A stretch of DNA of 63,996 nucleotides, the filler included, from Dimargaris cristalligena (taxonomy: Eukaryota), in assembly GCA_003614675.1 (NCBI GenBank). It is 3 parts of 3 records of this genome, joined end to end, with 100 filler letters (N's around TTAATTAATTAA, not from the genome) between each part and the next. Parts side by side here need not be neighbours in the genome. Positions count along the whole stretch, not along the records: positions 1 to 21,479 come from ML002662.1; 2 more parts are not named here. One strand, written 5' to 3'. The notes under the pieces are model-generated. The model searched no databases. It saw only the letters and a list, made by a program, of their open reading frames with translations, and was not told where the DNA came from. The stretch's first letter is position 1, and each line of letters opens with the position of its first letter. Both the position numbers and the translations under genes were made by a program. Positions 1 through 11,900 of the stretch are shown piece after piece.

Positions 1-149
1 TCATTTATCTTTTCATTTAGGCTTCCCCTTTTGAGTATAAATACTCCCCCTTACTACCATCTCTTGGAACAGTAAATCTATTATTACCTTTCCCTTCTTA
101 TCATCTATTTTTCAAATAAAGTTCAGTTTTCAAGGATTTGATTTCAGTT

Positions 150-496
150 CTTTATAATGGGTTTACTAATCTTAGTCTATTAAGGTTCATAGGGGTAGGC
201 TTCTAATAGTAGGGCTGGCTTAGGCTCAGCTAAGTAGTCACTAATACCAGGTATAGGAGTAAGAACTAATTAATAAAGGAATAGTATAAGGTATATATAA
301 GGGATATACAGTAGTGCATATTTACTAACTAGAATAAAAGGGTAAGTATATATAGTATTTATTATGTAAACTAGGGGTAAGAATAAGCTGAGGTACTAAC
401 TGATCCATATAGAGTCTGGTTATATATATGTAGGGGTAACTCTAGAGGGTGTGTCCCAAGAGGAATACTATTAATACTATAAGATAAATTAATAGG
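150..496 (-). mobile_element. Degenerate LTR copy, same family as the solo LTR at 57049-57479; probably within a larger decayed retroelement remnant spanning about 1-890
   Basis: The reverse complement aligns by eye with 57079-57440 through shared blocks (CTTGGGAC, AGCTTATTCTTACCCC, TAATAAA, CCTTTATTA, GCTGAGCC, GACTAAGA). The surrounding 1-890 is very AT-rich and almost free of CpG. Boundaries are approximate. Confidence 0.75.
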
Positions 497-1243
497 CTGG
501 TGTAGGTCTATAAGTATCTAGAAGACTTGACTGGTAACCAGAAGCGATATTGGATCAGCACTAAAGTGATTAGTGCAAAGGGTATTTAGTTAATACATCA
601 ATACTCCCTTAGTTTACTAGTACCCCTATTACTAAATACCCTCCTTGACTCCTGAATTATTCACTTTAAATCTCTAATTAATAAAATCCACTCATCATTT
701 CACTATTTCACTATTCCAATAATCAAAAATCTTATATGATTATAATGAACTTCACCCATATAATATATAGTATGATATATTATCTAAAAGTAAATCTCTT
801 AAAGTAATATCTAAGGTCAAATATTCAAAACTTATGTTCACCTTTTAATATATGGTTCTAACCCTTCTGGATGGTTGGGGGAGTTAGAAATTTCGCTAAA
901 CCACGTCTTGGAAAACACCACTCTCTAACTATACCGTCAAAAATTGAAGTGATGCTACTTTAATGCCAAAGATAACATGGAAAATACGGCAATGTATAAA
1001 TAAATAACATAAACAGCCCGAAATTGTAGAAATATGCGGAAGGGGGAAACACGTAACAGAAAAAGGACCAAAAACAAAAATAACTGTGTTATAATAATGC
1101 CTTACTAGGCTTGGGCAGGTATGTAAATGTAACGAATGTGGCACATTAACATGTTGGCATGTGTATAATGGATGTACCCATGAGTGACAAACAACACCAC
1201 AGACACCACCCTCCCCCTCCCCCCGAGCCGTTTGCTTCAGACT

Positions 1244-4200
1244 TTAATCATAGTGTACGGGACAACTACCCGACCGACGCAACCAAGCATCAATACATGA
1301 TCGATGATATGTGCACAAACAACTCAGCCGAGCCACCATTTGACCTATTTCAAACTCCTCGAAGCAAATCAGACATTCTTGACCAATCAGCGTACTATTG
1401 GTATTGGTGGGGTGGGTGACGGGAGGGTGAATGCTATCCACAAGGGCCGTCGCCGCCCCTTCACTCTCACCATGTTCGTGGTCGTCGAGTTCCTGGTAGA
1501 AGGTTTCATTGCCTGTCAGACCCGTGGTCGATTCGGTTGTCTGAAGGGGGCTTTTCCCTGTAGTAGTAGTAGTAGTATCCCCTGTGGATGCTGATGGGTG
1601 GTGGTGATCCATGGGGTTTTTCGCTTCCCCTTTCGAACGGGGGGTAGGGGGTTCCAGTCGATAGGCCAGGTAGCGTAGCACCGGCTGGACCGGTGGCGAG
1701 GCCGACTCTAAACAATTACGGACGTGTTGTTCCTGGTCCGCCTTATGGGGACTCAAAAAGTCGAGTCGAGTACCACAAACGGGACATTCATTCATAAGAC
1801 TGGTATCGCTGGTGTTGCGGAGTTGGTAAATACCCGAGCCCGATCCCGACTGGTAGAAGTGGGGCGCCGATGATGCCGTGGGGACTCTCCCCGGACCCGC
1901 TGAACCAGCTCCACCGCTGCTACCATTGCCGGAATTGCCTTGGCGGGAATTGTGGGTGAAATGGGGGATACCTAAATGGCGGGTAACTGTGTTATACGAT
2001 GCGGGTGAGCCGGTAAAAAATGCCAACAAAGACGACGGGATGGGAGCTCTAGGAGCAGTCATAGGGGCCGGGATTCCATCCCCTCTTACAGGGGCGCCGG
2101 AGCGGGAGAAAGGGGTGTAATTGTTGCTGTTGGCCCATGCCACGTAGGTATCGGATCCCGAACGGCCTTGTGAGTCAGAGTTGGCGTTCGAGCCCGAGGG
2201 GAAAGGGAACAGCGGGCCATTACCACTACCACCCGCCAACAGACCCGGGGAGAATGAAGAGGACGAGGTGGTATAAATAATCGGGGCCTGGTGGAGCTGA
2301 ACCTGGCAACGGTCACACACGCGGAAGACATCATACGCTTCAGAGGGAAATCGTAGGGGTGATGGGGGAAGTCCCGGGGATAAGGATATCAGGGTATTCG
2401 AAGATGGTACGGTGATTTGGGTGGTCCCGGGTGCAGACGAGACCGGGTTGGTTTCTGTGTATGATTGACTACGTTGCTCGTTGCAGATAGTGGACTGGTG
2501 GTGGCGGGCGAGTGACCCACTGGGCGGAGTTTCCCCCACCGTAGGAGAGGTAGGCGCCAATGACACCAAACGGGAACCGGCTTGGTCCGTACCCACTAGC
2601 GTATTTGGGTGTGGTAAAGAAGGGGTCGGAAGTTCGATTCCGTCTCGACGGGGGAAGTGCGTCGGCAGAGTCTGGCTACGTTGGGATATGCGAACTTCAC
2701 TCGATGTAGTCGTTAGGGGTGGGTTCAGGGACTGCGAAGAGGCTACAATCGGTTCATTCCCGGCTGCCAGAGCTGCTTGCCAGTATTCGGGCCGCACCAG
2801 CCAGTCTCGCTGGGCGGAACACGGGTCACATACGAGGATACCGCACCGCCGACAGTGGTGGCGTCGGACAAATAGGGTAAACCGGCGTTCACACAACCGA
2901 CAGTGGCGGGCCGCTTCGTCCGGTTCCCAAGCGTAATCGGGCAAGCAGTAACGGACAAAGGGGATCGCGTTACTAGGCCCTTCCATGGTGACGACGGTTG
3001 GCGCTGCGGGCAACCCTCCTCCTCCGCCTCCCTCCCCCCCAACGGTGGTGGAGGGTATATTGGTACTGGGAAGGGGCATAGAAGTCTGACTAGTCGATCC
3101 GCTGGCCCCAAGGGGTTCCGCTTCAGAAATTGTAGTTGCAGTGGCAGTCGTGGTAGATGTTTGCTGAGTCACGGGGGTTATGGGTGCAGTCGCCAGCAAA
3201 CTGCTAGTCTCTGTGGTCGGAGGGGAGGCCGCCGTTCGCTGCAGAACATGGTGTTGAATTCGAAATAAAGGGTGTGCGGAAACACTATGGCTTGCGGATT
3301 GTAGACCAGCGGTAGGGGCATCGTCGTTATACTGGCGCAGGCGGGTTTGGTGGCTAACCCGCGGGACCACCGGCTGATCAACTGACCCAGGGAGGATCAG
3401 TTGTAACGATCTAGCACCCGCCTCACTCTCCAGTAACTGAACCCACTTCCCACTATAACTATTGTCAGCTTGTTGGATAGGCTGATTCATTATTTTTGGT
3501 TCGATAAGGCGCCGAAGGGTCTGTAAACTATCGTCCCCCTTACCAGATTTCCCTCCACCACTTCCACCCATCGCCGAGGCCGATGGACGACTGGGTGACT
3601 GGGGATAATGGCTCAGTCCCACTGGTGTCGATTCCAAAAGCGAGTCATTTAAGGCACCTCGAATTCCATCTGTCAGCGCCTTGACCGATTTAGATAATTG
3701 GCGTTGAATATCGGATGCATAGGACTGGTACTCGGTTAGGATCTGACTGGCCAATTGTTTACGGGGTTCAACGACATCGTGTTGGATGCCTTGGTTCAGA
3801 ATGGCGATACTGGACTGGAGGCTATGCAGAGTATCTTCCAGAACATCGGCCGACGGGGGGCCGCCTAATCCCGGGCGACCCCCGGCAACGGAGGATAGGG
3901 CCCGGAGCTGGGAAAGCGATTGGGTGGACAGACGGCGGTGGGACTGGAAGGGGCCAAATCCGTCCTCGGTACCCGCCGAGGCCATGGGTCTAATACCTAA
4001 AGGTTGCGCGTACTGCGAGTGGTTTGGGTGGACCAAACCGCCGGCATCTTCCCCTAGGATTGAAGTAGTAACCGAACGCCGCAGCGGGGCGGGCCGGTGC
4101 GATTCGTCGAATGAGGAAAAATCGGGGCCCTTTCCCTTATCCAAGCGAGGGCTACTACCGGGCCCGACTTGGGTCTCCGGGATGTGGGGGAGAAGTCCCG

Positions 4201-6607
4201 CCGCGGAGGGTGAGCGATGCTGGTTGTTACTGCCGTTACGGTGGGGGGTCTGAAACCCCATGGCCGAATCCTGACGCCCCAATCCGGTCTGGAGAGACAG
4301 CGTACGTTGCGGGGAGAACGTCTGGGGGGTCTGAAAGAAAGTGGGCGACATGGGCGTGACGAGGGCCTGGGCCCGAGTAATGTAGTCATTCGAAGACCCG
4401 GGCGATCCACTGCCGCTGCCTCGCAGAACCGACCGAATCGATGCAGTGGGGGAGAAGCCAATGGTAGTGGACCGAGGGGAGGAACCTCCCGAAATGGAAT
4501 ACAGCAGGAGAGTTGAAGAAACAGCGACGTCGTTCAGATCCCGCTGTTGGGGGTAATGGGTACCACCCAGCGTTAAACCCCCGGAGGATCCAGGGACGGA
4601 GGGGGCACTACTACCATTTATACTACCGGCTCGCCCGAGATTCTCAGGTTGACCTGGTGCGCCGTTGGTCGCCGAATGGTTCGAGCGGGGGTTAGCATGA
4701 CTGTTCCCATTATTAGTATTATTATCGCTATGTTCGAACGCCGGTCGATGGGGGGCGACGGGCCGGTCCGGAGACTGGGCTAGAATATGGGCCAAGTCCA
4801 CCTTACGTTTCATGACGCGGACCCAACGCCGACGGCGCACCCAACTATGGGACGTGGCAGGGGCCAGTGTTTGCCCGGCCGGTATGGACCACGGGAAGAA
4901 CGGGATGGCGGCCTCCGCCGCGGCCGGGCCAGATAGGGGAAGGTGCTGCAGAAGGGCGGCCTTGGGTTCGGGCACCCAGTAAATATCGGGGAGGTGAAAG
5001 GCCCGAGCGTACTGCCAACCGTCCTGGGGGTTGGCGTGGGAATGGCCAAGGTCCAAAGTCCAGTCCGTAAGCCAAAACCAGTCTGACTCCGACTGCCCAT
5101 TGACCATTCCCGGTGTCAGAGTCGGAGTCTGTACCAGAGGATGCTCGGCAGTAGACCCGGGGTGGGACATGGGTGTATTACCACTACCGTTTTCGGCCAA
5201 AGTTAGAGGAGGCAGTCGCACCATAGTCTCCGTGCACGGGGTTCCATCGGCCAAGCAATGGGAGGGGATGAGTGGGTCCTGACGCCGTAGATATTCGACA
5301 GAAAAGCGGGGGGGACCAAACGAGCGGAGCAGCAGGCCACTAAAGGCCGACGATCCAGAGGCCCGCTGATTTTCAAAGACGGAGATCATAACCGTGCCGT
5401 GGTAGGTAAGGAGACCACGAATGAGGTCGGGGGTACCGAAGGCCAAGTATAAATCCAGTGGGTGTTCGGAGGACCCCCCGAACGCCTGAATAGTCGAATG
5501 ATTATTGGTGTGGGCCGCCTGGTGGACTCGGCGTTGGCGCCATTCTCGCTCGGTCACGGCCAGCAAATCACACAAATAACTCGGCCCGTTCCCCGCCACG
5601 GCGGCGGCGGCCATATCGTACGCCGTTTCCGTGGACACACTCCGGATGAGCGGGTCCGCCTGGGCCCGGAACAACAGGTACTTGACCACGAGGACATGGC
5701 CCATGGCCGCGGCGTTCATGAGGGGGGTATACCCCTGGGCGTTTTGTACATCCACGGGCGCGGTGGCCTTTTCGCAGAGCCAGCGGACTAGCTTCAGGTG
5801 CCCCTTGGAGCTAGCGTTGTGCAGAGCGGTCCAGCCGTCCTTGTCGATGTGTCTCACCTGGGCCCCGCGCTGGAGTAGGAGTTTGACGACGGCGAGTTGG
5901 CCGTGGTAGGCGGCTTTCAGGAGAGCGGTTTCTTGTTCTTGGTCGCATTGGTCCACGGGGGCCTGGGCCACATCGATCAACCACTGCACTATGTCCAGGT
6001 GGCCACGCTTGGCCGCGAAGTGCAGGGGGGCCATGCCCGTGGCCGGCATAAAGGACGTTACCGTCAAGGTTTCGAGTGGGGCCGGGCCTTCGTCGCTCGG
6101 ACGACCCAACCCTTCGCCTTCTTGGGTATCACTCTTCAGCCGGGTTAAGTGGACGGCCAGGCATTCCTTCACGGTGGCTAAATCACCAGCCTCCACCGCC
6201 TGGCATAGTTGAGTAACGGTGGGATTGAATCGCTGGGCGGCCTTGAGTGCCGTATCCACCGCCCGCGGGGCGACCGGGCCGGGGCCGGGAAAGGCCGGGC
6301 GGAGTCGGGCGGGCGGGGTGGCAGGAGGGGTGGAATTAGCGGATAAGTTCAGTAGAGAAGTCTGTGAGGGTACTTTGGAGAGGGTGGTGGGTGGGGAAGG
6401 TACAGCGGTTGAGGAGGCGGAGGGGTCGCCGCCCTCCGCAGACCACGGGAGTCCCTGGTCGGGGAGGTAGATGGACCGGTTGTGGGCTTCACCATAGAAA
6501 GGGTGTACCTCGCCGGGACGGGGCGGGGCGATGGACGAGGGTAGGGACGATAGGAGCAGCTTTTGCTCGCTGGTGAGACCCGGAAACTGGTTCAACGTCA
6601 GGGGCAT
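1244..6607 (-). CDS. Ankyrin-repeat + DysF/Pex24p-like + FYVE + C-terminal RING-H2 protein (Pib1-like E3 ubiquitin ligase), ~1787 aa, intronless
   Basis: Ankyrin repeats (APLHFAAKRGH, TALLKAAYHGQ, TALHNASSKGH, TPLMNAAAMGH). DysF motifs (WFWLTDWTLD...DGWQYA...WVRRRRWVR). FYVE motif WEPD..CRLC..F..RRHHCRRCG..VCDPC...VCDRC. RING-H2 CLICFEEF..CLCTYHRSCIDAWL..CPVH. The first ATG is at 6607; the ORF track start at 6739 is TTG. Confidence 0.9.
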   Translation of the reverse strand: MPLTLNQFPGLTSEQKLLLSSLPSSIAPPRPGEVHPFYGEAHNRSIYLPDQGLPWSAEGGDPSASSTAVPSPPTTLSKVPSQTSLLNLSANSTPPATPPARLRPAFPGPGPVAPRAVDTALKAAQRFNPTVTQLCQAVEAGDLATVKECLAVHLTRLKSDTQEGEGLGRPSDEGPAPLETLTVTSFMPATGMAPLHFAAKRGHLDIVQWLIDVAQAPVDQCDQEQETALLKAAYHGQLAVVKLLLQRGAQVRHIDKDGWTALHNASSKGHLKLVRWLCEKATAPVDVQNAQGYTPLMNAAAMGHVLVVKYLLFRAQADPLIRSVSTETAYDMAAAAVAGNGPSYLCDLLAVTEREWRQRRVHQAAHTNNHSTIQAFGGSSEHPLDLYLAFGTPDLIRGLLTYHGTVMISVFENQRASGSSAFSGLLLRSFGPPRFSVEYLRRQDPLIPSHCLADGTPCTETMVRLPPLTLAENGSGNTPMSHPGSTAEHPLVQTPTLTPGMVNGQSESDWFWLTDWTLDLGHSHANPQDGWQYARAFHLPDIYWVPEPKAALLQHLPLSGPAAAEAAIPFFPWSIPAGQTLAPATSHSWVRRRRWVRVMKRKVDLAHILAQSPDRPVAPHRPAFEHSDNNTNNGNSHANPRSNHSATNGAPGQPENLGRAGSINGSSAPSVPGSSGGLTLGGTHYPQQRDLNDVAVSSTLLLYSISGGSSPRSTTIGFSPTASIRSVLRGSGSGSPGSSNDYITRAQALVTPMSPTFFQTPQTFSPQRTLSLQTGLGRQDSAMGFQTPHRNGSNNQHRSPSAAGLLPHIPETQVGPGSSPRLDKGKGPDFSSFDESHRPAPLRRSVTTSILGEDAGGLVHPNHSQYAQPLGIRPMASAGTEDGFGPFQSHRRLSTQSLSQLRALSSVAGGRPGLGGPPSADVLEDTLHSLQSSIAILNQGIQHDVVEPRKQLASQILTEYQSYASDIQRQLSKSVKALTDGIRGALNDSLLESTPVGLSHYPQSPSRPSASAMGGSGGGKSGKGDDSLQTLRRLIEPKIMNQPIQQADNSYSGKWVQLLESEAGARSLQLILPGSVDQPVVPRVSHQTRLRQYNDDAPTAGLQSASHSVSAHPLFRIQHHVLQRTAASPPTTETSSLLATAPITPVTQQTSTTTATATTISEAEPLGASGSTSQTSMPLPSTNIPSTTVGGEGGGGGGLPAAPTVVTMEGPSNAIPFVRYCLPDYAWEPDEAARHCRLCERRFTLFVRRHHCRRCGILVCDPCSAQRDWLVRPEYWQAALAAGNEPIVASSQSLNPPLTTTSSEVRISQRSQTLPTHFPRRDGIELPTPSLPHPNTLVGTDQAGSRLVSLAPTSPTVGETPPSGSLARHHQSTICNEQRSQSYTETNPVSSAPGTTQITVPSSNTLISLSPGLPPSPLRFPSEAYDVFRVCDRCQVQLHQAPIIYTTSSSSFSPGLLAGGSGNGPLFPFPSGSNANSDSQGRSGSDTYVAWANSNNYTPFSRSGAPVRGDGIPAPMTAPRAPIPSSLLAFFTGSPASYNTVTRHLGIPHFTHNSRQGNSGNGSSGGAGSAGPGRVPTASSAPHFYQSGSGSGIYQLRNTSDTSLMNECPVCGTRLDFLSPHKADQEQHVRNCLESASPPVQPVLRYLAYRLEPPTPRSKGEAKNPMDHHHPSASTGDTTTTTTGKSPLQTTESTTGLTGNETFYQELDDHEHGESEGAATALVDSIHPPVTHPTNTNSTLIGQECLICFEEFEIGQMVARLSCLCTYHRSCIDAWLRRSGSCPVHYD

Positions 6608-7734
6608 GTGAACTAACACGGACACCGAGTCCGTCGGTGGCGGGGATGAAGCAAAGAAAGAGAGGGAAAGAGAGAGAATAGCACTACTATTGGGGATAAG
6701 GAAAGAAGTACGAAAGGAATTCAGAACATTAACATACAAGAAGGCGATAGACTAGGTTAGACTGGGCAAAAGCTAAGCACTGGAACAGGCTAAAGGCAAT
6801 AGTAATGTAAGACTAGGGTTGGTAAATCAGTAAACCAGTAAGGCGAGTAAGGAAGAGAAGGGTGGAGGAGGACGTAGCCGTAAGCCCAAGGTTAAGCACT
6901 ACCAGGATTATCGCTGTGGACTTTCTCGTGGCAGTAGTAGGCCCTGCTATAAACCCCCCGGACCCAGAATACTCAGCGGCTTATCCCATATCAATGGCTT
7001 CTTTTAAGAAGTGGTATTTAGGCATCAATTATCTATAATAAAGGGCAGTTGCCGCCTTCGGACTAATACAATAAATACCCTTATTCTCTGCCTTGCAGAA
7101 CAGTCCAACTGACCAGATCACATCCGAAACCGACCCCTCGCTTCACGCCTCCCAGAACATCCCCCCGGCTTTGGGTCGCCTCGACCCCGCGTCCCGGGAT
7201 TCTCCGTTATCACTGGTCATTTGAGCTGGAGAAATGAGAGTGGTCTACATAATAACTACATAATCACTTCGGTTTGAAAAAAAGGGTGAAAGTCGTCCCG
7301 GAAGTCTTGGTATTTTAGACGTGCGGAACCATTGAACCCTGCGCGTCATTATTTTAAAAGTGGGAATGTGAGATATTCCACAGGAATAACCCACAAAGAT
7401 TGCCATTCCTCCCTTTCCTACTGGCTCTATACGGTGCGCTAATTGGAAGAAGCTTGGATAGATCAATCATCCAAATTTATATAGACTAGCCGGTAAGCCA
7501 CAGCACATTACCTTTTGCCAGACTCTCCATGGCGAAGCCTTAGAACTGACCTTGTATATTGGCCTTATTTGGAAAAACACATGGCCTCCTCCACATGCCT
7601 GCCTAGATCAACCACTTAGCTCTATGTCACCTTCAACTTTTTAGGCGTCCCTTTACTAGTCCGGCATTGCATTTCTTTAAACTCCCCTCTATTCGTTCGT
7701 TGTATTTTAGGCCCGTTCATTTCATTCCCACACC

Positions 7735-8856
7735 ATGCTAGAAACCCCCGACTCCTCCGTCGAAAGCCCCAGTCTCCTGGTGGTCGTTCTCGATGTCAAC
7801 CCCTTCACCTGGCAAACTGCGCCCATTTCGTTTGACGAAGCCCTCAAGCAACTCCTCGTCTTCATGAATGCCTACCTAGCCCTGAAACACGACAATGCGA
7901 TGGCCATCATCGCCACCTCCTACAATTTCTGTGAATTTCTCTACCCGGTCGCCCCCTCCACTCCCGCTCCCATCCCTGCTGCAATGGCACAGGATGCTCC
8001 CATGGACGCAGAAACACCCACGGATTCCGCGGCGGCCATGGCTTCGTCGACGGAGGGGAATCTATATCCTAAATTTAAGCACCTCGATGAACAGGTTCTA
8101 ACCCAGATCCGCCTTCTCATTCAGAAGCATGTCCAACATACAGCTACGCCCGCCGACAACGATACCGACTCCGACCCGACCAAGCCTCGCAATTCCGTCC
8201 AAATGACCATCGCCCTGTCACGGGCTCTGTGCTACATTAACCGGTATCGGTCCACTGATAGTATCATGCATCTGCAGCCGCGCATTCTGGTTCTCTCAGC
8301 CTCCGCGGATGCGTCGTCCCAGTACATCCAAATTATGAACTGTATTTTTGCCTGCCAGAAACTGTCCATCCCGCTGGATGCGTGTAAGATTTACGGCGAT
8401 GACTCCACTTTCCTCCAACAGGCTACAAGTATCACCAACGGTATCTACGTTCGCCTGAGCCATCCCCGGGGCCTGCTGGAGTACCTCATGTTCTCATTTT
8501 TACCCGACGCCTACGCCCGGCAATTCCTAGTGGCCCCTTCCCCGACGAGCGTGGACTTCCGCGCCGCGTGCTTCTGTCACAAGAAGATCGTCGATATTGG
8601 CTACGTGTGCTCCGTTTGTTTGTCTATTTTCTGTGCCTTTACCCCCGTGTGCTCTACTTGCCGCACTAAATTTGCCTTTACTCCCCAGGTCCTTGGTGGC
8701 CGCGGTGGTCTGCCAAGTCGGCTATTACGCACTCGGGGCTCGCGGTTAAAGGGGAGCCCCCAAGACCGGGCCAGTACGGCGCCCACCACCCCACAATCTA
8801 ATACCAACACCAACATGCCGTCCACCCTCCATCATTCAGCATCCAATATCGGTTGA
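7735..8856 (+). CDS. TFB4: TFIIH core subunit Tfb4/p34 (GTF2H3)
   Basis: vWA-like N-terminus SLLVVVLDVNP, ALSRALCYIN, QYIQIMNCIFACQK, FLQQATSITNGIY, and the C-terminal zinc motif DFRAACFCH...GYVCSVCLSIFC...CSTC. Confidence 0.96.
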   Translation: MLETPDSSVESPSLLVVVLDVNPFTWQTAPISFDEALKQLLVFMNAYLALKHDNAMAIIATSYNFCEFLYPVAPSTPAPIPAAMAQDAPMDAETPTDSAAAMASSTEGNLYPKFKHLDEQVLTQIRLLIQKHVQHTATPADNDTDSDPTKPRNSVQMTIALSRALCYINRYRSTDSIMHLQPRILVLSASADASSQYIQIMNCIFACQKLSIPLDACKIYGDDSTFLQQATSITNGIYVRLSHPRGLLEYLMFSFLPDAYARQFLVAPSPTSVDFRAACFCHKKIVDIGYVCSVCLSIFCAFTPVCSTCRTKFAFTPQVLGGRGGLPSRLLRTRGSRLKGSPQDRASTAPTTPQSNTNTNMPSTLHHSASNIG

Positions 8857-8958
8857 TTTCGCCCAGTTTTCAGTATTAGCAAAGCTATTTCATAAATATA
8901 TTACTACTAAGTCGAGGGGTTAAACTACATTCTCCTTGTTGAGTTATACACTTGATAA

Positions 8959-11900
8959 TTAAACTAAGCGAATGTAGGTTCGATAGGCTGGATCCGGTCG
9001 ACTCTCCGTAGGTTCTAATCGTGAGATTGCAGCCTACCATGTTCCGTTTTATCAAGTCCCCAAATGAGTATTCATATTGTTAGATGCTGCCCCTGGTACA
9101 AGTATCGAGTCACTGGCAGAAGTAATTTGGTTGCAGATGCTTCAACGATGTAATGTGACTTACCTTTGGCTCCACCAGTTTATCGGTTATATATGCAATC
9201 GCCTGTGTAGGATAATAAATTTCCATGATATTAAAGGGTGTGGTTAGTAAAACAATGCCACATTATCCAATTGATAGGTAAATTCCGAGTAAAATAGCAC
9301 ATATCTACTTAAATGGCAATAATTCACTTACCATACTGGGGGTTGTGTGGGCAAATATTAATTCTAGATTATAGCCGCAATGGATCCGCATTGTCCCGTA
9401 TTGATTCATATGTAAGCAATATTTGAGCGATCGTGGATTAATGATAAATCCAACCACTCAGTGTTTGGCATACCTTCTGTTAAACACGACATACCTAAAA
9501 GTTCCTTGAATCCATGGCATCTCAACACACTTACCTCGCGCTGATCGACCAGTGGAGCCTCGAGTCGCCTGTAATAAAATAAAGCCCACATGTTTGAAGG
9601 GATAATGTTCCAGATGGGGGTGCTCTATTCCGAGGGGCGAATTACAGAAATAAAAATGCATAGGTTTGGAATCGGAAATTCCGTTTTTTAGCAATGGCCA
9701 CGACTCAAGCCCTTAGTCATTTGCTTATAGATAGCCTGCTTAGAAAACGGATCGTGTGACCTTACCTAAATAGTTAGCCTGCAGTAATCGGTGTAGACCC
9801 TCGCCAGGGTCATCTGCTTCATTAAGAGCCTTTATGCACCCCTTGGCAAACAAGGTTCGCATTATTTGCTCGCCAGTTCCTGGATAAGGTAATACCAGTT
9901 TGTATAGGAGGGCAATATTTGAGTATTGATTAACCGACTGTTGTATATAAGTAGTCATAGAAGGGGAGGTAGGTAAATGTAGGCTCTATTATTTAGCATT
10001 GAAATAAAGGTACCAGGCCTCAGTCTCCCCTAAACACAAAATCATTCATGCATTTTAAAATTAGGATGCCTCTACCTGTTGTACTGCAACCGCTAGCAAT
10101 TCCGTGGTTTTTGTCGTTGGCATTCTCCGCCCAGCATCCCGCACCGAACATAGCCGCCTATTGCATGGTACAGAATACGAAAAGGGTGAGTTATCGGCCT
10201 AGTAAAAGGTTGTTACGGTTGTTGGGCTATATAGGATAGTCCACTGATGGTCCAGGGAAATCCTGATATCGCACGAGAACAGGTGGACAGGTATTACGAT
10301 ATGATAATTACCTCGCCGATTCGCCCGGGTAATTTGAGTGCAATGCCACCCGAGCTAACTCCAGCGGCAATATCGCCCCTGAAATCTAGACAGACTGCCC
10401 CCACCGTATCTTGGAGACTATCGTTGAGCATCTGAGCAACCGCTGAACCCTGTGATACGATTTGTTTGTAATACTGATATTTCTCAGTAGCCCGCTCTAT
10501 GGTCGGTTATGTCCAGAATAGCATATATAAGTGCGTGCGAGATATACCACTAGTTGTACTCACTGTGATAGTGACTTATAGAAGAACCTGTAGTACAAGA
10601 TATCGTCAAATTGGTAGCCAACCGGGGGCTCGGATACGAAATATGCACTGGTCCGTCGCACTTACTAGAAATCAGCTCCTCGGGTGGTATGAGTTGTACA
10701 CCGTTTGAAGCGGCCCAATTCTCCGCGCCACTTCCAACCATGAATCTAATATCCAAAATATAAAAGCCAGGATCAGTCAATTAGGAACAGATAGATGACA
10801 ATAAATGAATGTCTCCTTAGCATTCACCAATATAGCCAATGTGTGAGGTTATTCTGGAGAGGCCCAATTAAACTAAGGCATTTAAGAACCTACAGTGGCG
10901 GAATGCGGCCGAAGGAAAGCACTTTCTGGCATTCATGCCGAAGTAAGAGGGAAGATGTCGCGATGGGGTTTTTTATGCCTATATATGAACAATACAAGTA
11001 TAGTAAAGCGGATTGATGACGGCGGACATATAGTTAGCCCCATTTTGATTATCGAGACTACCAAATAGAGAGGGTCTAGATAGTACTGAGCAGCATTTAA
11101 AAGACAAGGTAAATGTAAGCAAATGTAATTTTTAAAAACTTACGGGAAACTGCCCCCACAGCACCAAATCCGCCGGTCCGGCCTTCCATAATGCTAGCAT
11201 CGCACTCAATTCGACCATTGACATTTAAGTTCGATCCATACCCTGCGTTGGTCCATTCAGAATCCTATATCCAAATCAAATTGTAGTTGGCCATAAAGAG
11301 CAACACCCGCATTATTAAGGAGACTATCACTAACCACCTTAATGAGTTTTCTATATTGCGTCACAGGATTAAAGGACTTAATGAGACTATGCAATCGGAT
11401 TTAAGATTAAGTACCTCAAGGGCAGCGATCGCCTCTTGAACGGCCAGTACGCAGTCCCCGCCATTTATTAAAACATCCCGCGCCTTAATACATGCCCTAT
11501 ATGATTATGGTATGAGGCGGGGAGTAGGCAACATTGCTTTAGGCCAGACGATGTTATTGCCAGGCGAATTTATTAAAACCATAACGAATCTTGAACTTTC
11601 TAACTCTAATAACCAAGCAATGCACTGGAATCCGGGGAGTTTCCAATAGAAAGAAAAGTAAAAACCCAACTTACCTTTGACAGGCCTCCTTGTAGACCGT
11701 CTCATTTTCATGGGCATGAAACCCTGTGGAGCATATTAAACAAAAGCAGGTATAAGTGTCATCCAGGGATATGATAGTGAGCTTATTGGTGGGCCCAGGT
11801 GAATTTACGGATACCTCAACAGCACCAATAGATAGAAAAGAACCAGTGGGATTAAATATATTGTAGCTGGACTATAAACAATTAGGCAATCATCGATAAG

